In this document: positions 59,411-64,000 of the stretch, one piece after another
Layout: each line of letters starts with the position of its first letter
Numbering within the stretch: position 1 is the stretch's first letter
IMG/VR virus record: IMGVR_UViG_3300032103_000260
Coordinates: 114,250-178,249 of that record
From: a virus
Strand: one strand, 5' to 3'
Length of the DNA stretch: 64,000 bases
Position numbers and translations under genes: made by a program
Notes under the pieces: model-generated
The model's input: the letters and a program-made list of their open reading frames with translations, nothing else
What the model was told of the DNA's origin: nothing
Databases searched by the model: none

Positions 59411-59494
59411 ATTATATTTTTTTTTATAATATATAATGTATTTATGATTAATAATTCATGAAAAATTATATAAAACCATAAAAAATTATATAAA

Positions 59495-60550
59495 ATGGCA
59501 TTTTCAACAAAACAAAATTTAAGTAATCAAAAATTTCAACAGATTACAGGTAGTACAATGACATTATCTGGCAATACCATTATAGCTAATAGCGGTAGAT
59601 TAAGATATGCATCAGAAGTTTCAATTACGGGAGAAACACAAATAGTACATAAATCTTATGTTGATGAAGCAATTTTATCAGTAAGTACTGGTGGATCAAT
59701 TATATATTCTGGTTCTACACCAGCAAGTGTGGCTTTGGGTGGTATTAATGTTGGTTATCAATTAACAGGTAAAACCGCTAATCAAATTCTTGAAAATTTG
59801 TTGGTTCCTACATTAAATCCAACATTAACAAATCCATCGATCACATCGTTCAGTCAAAATTTATCTACAACTCAGGAAGTTGGTTTGTCTGTTACACCTA
59901 CATTTACAACAAACTTTTCAAGAGGTAGTATTACACCTGCATATGGTACTTCTGGTTTTAGATCAGGACTACCAACAAGTTATGTTTATTCTGGTAGTGG
60001 TAATGTTAGAACTGTCACAAGTTCAGCATTGTCAAATGTAAGTGCTGCAACTGGTGCCACTACACTAATAGAAGGTGCAAATACGTGGGGTGTATTGGTA
60101 AATTATGCGGCTGGTGAACAACCTAGAAATAGTTCTGGTGGTAATTTTAGTTCACCATTACCAGCAGGTGCAACATCAACATCGAATACAACCATTACTG
60201 GTAGATTTTTGAGATTTTTTGGCCCAACAGCATCAAATCCAACAAATAGTGCACAAGTTCGTGCGTTACCATCAAATGCATTACAAACAGCAAACGCACA
60301 GACGTTTATTTTAAACACTGGTGTTGTACAAGTAAGATTTGCTGTAGCATTACCTCCGGGACGTACTATAGCATCTGTTATTGATTTGGATGCAGCAAAT
60401 GCTAATATCACATCATCATATACCTCTTTAGGTACTATTACAGTAAACGATGGTGGTGGTAGTGGGACTGCAAGAACATATAATTTATATGTGTTAACAT
60501 TAGGTGCTCCATATTCATCTAATCATAGACATGAAATAACAACAGCATAA
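59495..60550 (+). CDS. virion structural (fibre/decoration) protein, paralog of 55283
   Basis: N-terminus F.Q..GST.TLSGNT and C-terminal domain shared with 55283; middle shared with 56277. Confidence 0.7.
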   Translation: MAFSTKQNLSNQKFQQITGSTMTLSGNTIIANSGRLRYASEVSITGETQIVHKSYVDEAILSVSTGGSIIYSGSTPASVALGGINVGYQLTGKTANQILENLLVPTLNPTLTNPSITSFSQNLSTTQEVGLSVTPTFTTNFSRGSITPAYGTSGFRSGLPTSYVYSGSGNVRTVTSSALSNVSAATGATTLIEGANTWGVLVNYAAGEQPRNSSGGNFSSPLPAGATSTSNTTITGRFLRFFGPTASNPTNSAQVRALPSNALQTANAQTFILNTGVVQVRFAVALPPGRTIASVIDLDAANANITSSYTSLGTITVNDGGGSGTARTYNLYVLTLGAPYSSNHRHEITTA

Positions 60551-60580
60551 TTATAATAAAAAAATAAAACATATAATAAA

Positions 60581-63500
60581 ATGAGTTTTCAATTACCTTT
60601 TGGAGTTAGAGTTTTAAATCCAGCACCTGTAGAAAATAAGTATTTTAATTTAGCTGGTTTACCATATACGTCAACAACACAAGTATTTACACAAGTACCT
60701 CTTGGTATTAGACATAATGGTTTAACTGTTAACATTAATGATGAAGAATATTGGTTTAAAACAGGAACAACTAATAGTTCACTTATATTAAAAACACCAG
60801 ATATTAGTGCATCTGGCGGTATTACTGGTGCCACTAATGGTTTAACCAAATCTGGTGCAAGTGTTAGATTAGGTGGAAACTTAACTGATGCAACTACAAT
60901 ATTAAATAACGGATTTACTTATACTTTTGGTGCTCCAACTGGACTAGGTACAAGATATAGACAAACTTCAAGTACAACAGAAATCAGACATTCAAATTCA
61001 GGTGAAACTGAAGTTAGTATGTTAGTAATTGCACCTTCATTGGCTTTATTAGGAAGATATGTTGGTTCAGAATATGGAAGAGTTCTTTTAAGCGAAAGCA
61101 ATGCACAATTAATTTCATCAAGAACTGGTGCATTATTTCAAATTGACGTAAATCAAAATAATAATGAAATAGTAGCAAGTAGTACGTTTTCAGCATTTAG
61201 TGGAATTAAGTATGGTGCAAATTATAGCGCAAACTTTACTCCAAGATCATTAGTTGATGTTGGTTATGTAACTGGATTAACTACTACATCAGGTGTACAA
61301 ACAGCTAATAATGGTTTAACAAAAACTGGTAGTAATGTTAGATTAGGTGGAACTCTTATTGGTAATACTACAATTGACAGAAATACATTTAATTTAAATA
61401 TTACGGGTACAACAGGTAGTGTAAAAATTGGTGGTAATTCTGGTGATTTTATTGATGTTAGTTCAAACGGAATAACATTATCAAGTACAAGTGGTAATGG
61501 TATATATTTTGATGACATTAATGGTGGTGGAATGTATTTCCAAGATAGGAATAATGGTGGTGTTTATTTCCAATTAGGTGGAGGTATTGGAGAAGAAAGC
61601 GGTGGTTTCTTTGTTTATGATGGTAATAAAGTAATTAATCCTTCAAATCTTGGTAATGGTATTGCATTAAGATCATATGGTGTAAGTGTTGATTTATTAG
61701 CAGAAAGAACTGATAGTGAAATTGGGAATATATCAGTAAATGCTACTGATGGTATATTAATTGAATCAACGTTATTTGGTAAATTAGATATTGGTAGTGC
61801 TGGAAATAAATTTACTGATTATAGAACAGGTACGACTGCTGTTGGTATTGAATATGATGATGATTATTCATTAAATTATACAAATAGATCACTTGTTGAC
61901 AAACAATACGTTGATAATATTGCTGCTGGTCTTGATGCAAAACAAGCAGTTAAGGTAGCAACAGTAAGTGCTATTACGGGAACATATGTTCCAACTGGCG
62001 GTGTTTCTGGTAGATTTACTGGTGTGACAACAACAGTAGTTGATGGATATTTACTTCAAAATGGAGATAGAATATTAGTTAAAAATCAGTTGGATGCAAG
62101 ACAAAATGGTGTTTACGAAAGAACATCTCCAACCGTATGGACAAGATCAACTGATATGAATGGTACTCCAGTTTCTGAAGTATCAACAGGTAATTTTGTT
62201 TTTGTAACAACTGGTGATACTCAATTAGCAAGTGGATGGGTTGTAATTGGTACTGGTAATACATTAACATTAAATGTTGATGAAATTCAATGGGCACAAT
62301 TTAGTGCAACAATTTCTTCATACATTGGTGGTAATGGTATTGATATAACTGGTGCAATAATTGATGTTGATCTTGCACCTAATAGTGGTCTTGAATTTTC
62401 AGTTAATCAATTAAGAATTGGTGCTGGAAGTGGTTTAACAACTAATGGTGGAACACTTAATGTTGTTGCTCTTAATGGTTTAACTGCAAGTGCAAATGAT
62501 ATTAAATTAGGTGGAACATTAAATGGTTACACTGAAATTCTTGGTGACTTAAATGACTTACAATTAGGTTCTGGTTTTGCTGGTGATAGATTAGGAGCGT
62601 TTACTGTTAGTACGGCAAATAACATCCAATTAAGGGCTGCTGACAATAGTGACATATTAGGATTTTATATGACAAACAGTGGTACGAAAGAAATTTCTAT
62701 GATATCGGGTGATGCATTGGATACAAATCGTGCTGTGTTTACATTAGGTCATAATATAACTAATCCATATATAATTTTTAGTGGTACTTCCACATTTAAA
62801 GGTGTTGAATATGCTGGTAATTATTCAGCGAATTATGATGCGAGATCATTAGTCGATAAAGAATATGTTGATAATTTAGTTGCATCTAGTGGTGTTACTG
62901 CAAATAATGGTTTAACAAAAACTGGTGGAAATATCGAATTAGGTGGTCAACTTGAATTTGGTTTTACTGGTATTAATTTAAATGGTCAATCATTTCAAAT
63001 ATTTAATAGCGATAATAATACAAGTGCATTTTATGTATATCTTTCTGATAACTTTGGTCAATCTTCAACATTGTTTAATGAATTTAGTGGTTTACACGGG
63101 TATAGATCAGCAATACAAGCGGCTGACAGTGATGGGCCAATTGGTATTTCTGCTGCAAGTGATTACGATGGTTTAGGCCAACCAGCTTTATATGTTTTTG
63201 GTGGAGCGTTATTTAAAGGTATTGAATATGATGATGATTATAGTAGTAATTTTATAGATAGATCATTAGTCGATAAAGAATATGTTGATAATTTAGTTGC
63301 ATCTAGTGGTGTTACTGCAAATAATGGTTTAAGAAAAGTTGGTAATGATATTCGATTAGGTGGTGGGTTAATTGGAGATACTCTTATTTCTGGTGTGACA
63401 CATAATTTAACATTTGATAATAATTCATGGACATTTGGTACTAGACTTGGATCATTTGGTAATAGATCATTTTCTGTTGGTATTAACAATATTATTCATG

Positions 63501-64000
63501 CCATTAGTTTAACTACAAATGCTTGTAGTATTCTTGGTGGAGAAGAAAACATTATAGTGGATTCAAATTTTTCATCTATTGGTGGTGGTAATATGAATCA
63601 AATCCTTACTTCAAATAATTCGTTTATTAATAGTGGTAGTATAAATTTTATTAGTGATTCAAATTATTCATTTATTGGTTGTAGTTATGGTGCTCAAATT
63701 TTAAGTTCTCCATTTTCATTTATTGGTGTTGGTGAATCTGCACATTATATAGCTCAATCACCTTATTCATTTATTGGGGGTGGAACAGAAAATAGAATAA
63801 CTGGTACTACTATAGGTGGATTTGATGCTTCTACCATTTGTGGTGGTAAACAAAATCAAATATCTGGACATACCTCATTTATTGGAGGTGGTAATTTAAA
63901 TAGTATAATTGGTAATAATTCATCAATTATTTTTGGTAATACATCATCAGTAAATGGTTTTAACTCACATATTGTTGGTATAAACAACATTATTAATGCA
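60581..64000 (+). CDS. long tail fibre/adhesin-like protein (partial, at least 1140 aa)
   Basis: Open frame from ATG 60581 (MSFQLPFGVRVLNP) to window end, missing from ORF track; repeated NGLTK.G...LGG and EY..DYS...RSLVDK.YVD modules; SFIGGG-type beta-helix repeats near the end. Confidence 0.8.
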   Translation, partial: MSFQLPFGVRVLNPAPVENKYFNLAGLPYTSTTQVFTQVPLGIRHNGLTVNINDEEYWFKTGTTNSSLILKTPDISASGGITGATNGLTKSGASVRLGGNLTDATTILNNGFTYTFGAPTGLGTRYRQTSSTTEIRHSNSGETEVSMLVIAPSLALLGRYVGSEYGRVLLSESNAQLISSRTGALFQIDVNQNNNEIVASSTFSAFSGIKYGANYSANFTPRSLVDVGYVTGLTTTSGVQTANNGLTKTGSNVRLGGTLIGNTTIDRNTFNLNITGTTGSVKIGGNSGDFIDVSSNGITLSSTSGNGIYFDDINGGGMYFQDRNNGGVYFQLGGGIGEESGGFFVYDGNKVINPSNLGNGIALRSYGVSVDLLAERTDSEIGNISVNATDGILIESTLFGKLDIGSAGNKFTDYRTGTTAVGIEYDDDYSLNYTNRSLVDKQYVDNIAAGLDAKQAVKVATVSAITGTYVPTGGVSGRFTGVTTTVVDGYLLQNGDRILVKNQLDARQNGVYERTSPTVWTRSTDMNGTPVSEVSTGNFVFVTTGDTQLASGWVVIGTGNTLTLNVDEIQWAQFSATISSYIGGNGIDITGAIIDVDLAPNSGLEFSVNQLRIGAGSGLTTNGGTLNVVALNGLTASANDIKLGGTLNGYTEILGDLNDLQLGSGFAGDRLGAFTVSTANNIQLRAADNSDILGFYMTNSGTKEISMISGDALDTNRAVFTLGHNITNPYIIFSGTSTFKGVEYAGNYSANYDARSLVDKEYVDNLVASSGVTANNGLTKTGGNIELGGQLEFGFTGINLNGQSFQIFNSDNNTSAFYVYLSDNFGQSSTLFNEFSGLHGYRSAIQAADSDGPIGISAASDYDGLGQPALYVFGGALFKGIEYDDDYSSNFIDRSLVDKEYVDNLVASSGVTANNGLRKVGNDIRLGGGLIGDTLISGVTHNLTFDNNSWTFGTRLGSFGNRSFSVGINNIIHAISLTTNACSILGGEENIIVDSNFSSIGGGNMNQILTSNNSFINSGSINFISDSNYSFIGCSYGAQILSSPFSFIGVGESAHYIAQSPYSFIGGGTENRITGTTIGGFDASTICGGKQNQISGHTSFIGGGNLNSIIGNNSSIIFGNTSSVNGFNSHIVGINNIINA
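62843..63332 (+). repeat. 73-bp exact direct repeat within fibre gene
   Basis: 62843-62915 identical to 63260-63332. Confidence 0.85.

Noticed and set aside
59461-59495. 15-bp direct repeat AAAAATTATATAAAA upstream of a fibre gene
   Set aside because: Low-complexity A/T sequence, probably a duplicated A-rich translation-initiation region; no independent support
62843-63332. Diversity-generating retroelement TR/VR pair
   Set aside because: Copies are identical with no adenine-specific differences, both are internal to one ORF, and no reverse transcriptase is in the window
2157-63489. Numerous short ORFs in the track lying antisense to or nested in long genes (e.g. 2157, 4278, 9963, 20045, 46782, 50196, 60103, 60589-63489)
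   Set aside because: Shadow frames of well-supported genes; those beyond 60581 overlap a long open fibre gene that the track missed because it lacks a stop in the window

Overview
An AT-rich, densely coding 64-kb segment of a large tailed phage (distantly T4-like myovirus, probably jumbo). The host is most likely Bacteroidota, judged from TTG-N19/20-TAnnTTTG promoters and a Bacteroidota-style lipoprotein. It carries: (i) a contractile-tail module with sheath, tube, gp5-like spike, gp26/gp51-like chaperone pair with a -1 slippery site, tape measure and baseplate proteins; (ii) a gp55-like late sigma factor and a recurrent GTATTTAT(A) putative late promoter; (iii) PhoH and two glycosylation clusters (glycosyltransferases, methyltransferases, GDP-mannose 3,5-epimerase, WecB); (iv) replication/recombination genes (gp32-like SSB, UvsX, 5'-3' exonuclease, DnaB/gp41 helicase with a class 3 intein); (v) duplicated fibre-like genes running off the right end. 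The most unusual region is 49.1-54.1 kb. A small-RNA operon there holds one intact tRNA-Met, a degenerate tRNA, an orphan hairpin and three copies of a covarying stem motif, two of which enclose complete tRNA-like cloverleaves with a shared acceptor stem. It lies directly upstream of a Ro60/TROVE-like helical+vWA protein, an ARPP-1-like protein and a DRB0094-type RNA ligase. This is a candidate phage-encoded Ro/Y-RNA-like ribonucleoprotein and RNA-repair system with an architecture unlike known YrlA RNAs. All protein calls come from motifs recognised by eye; no database searches were run.
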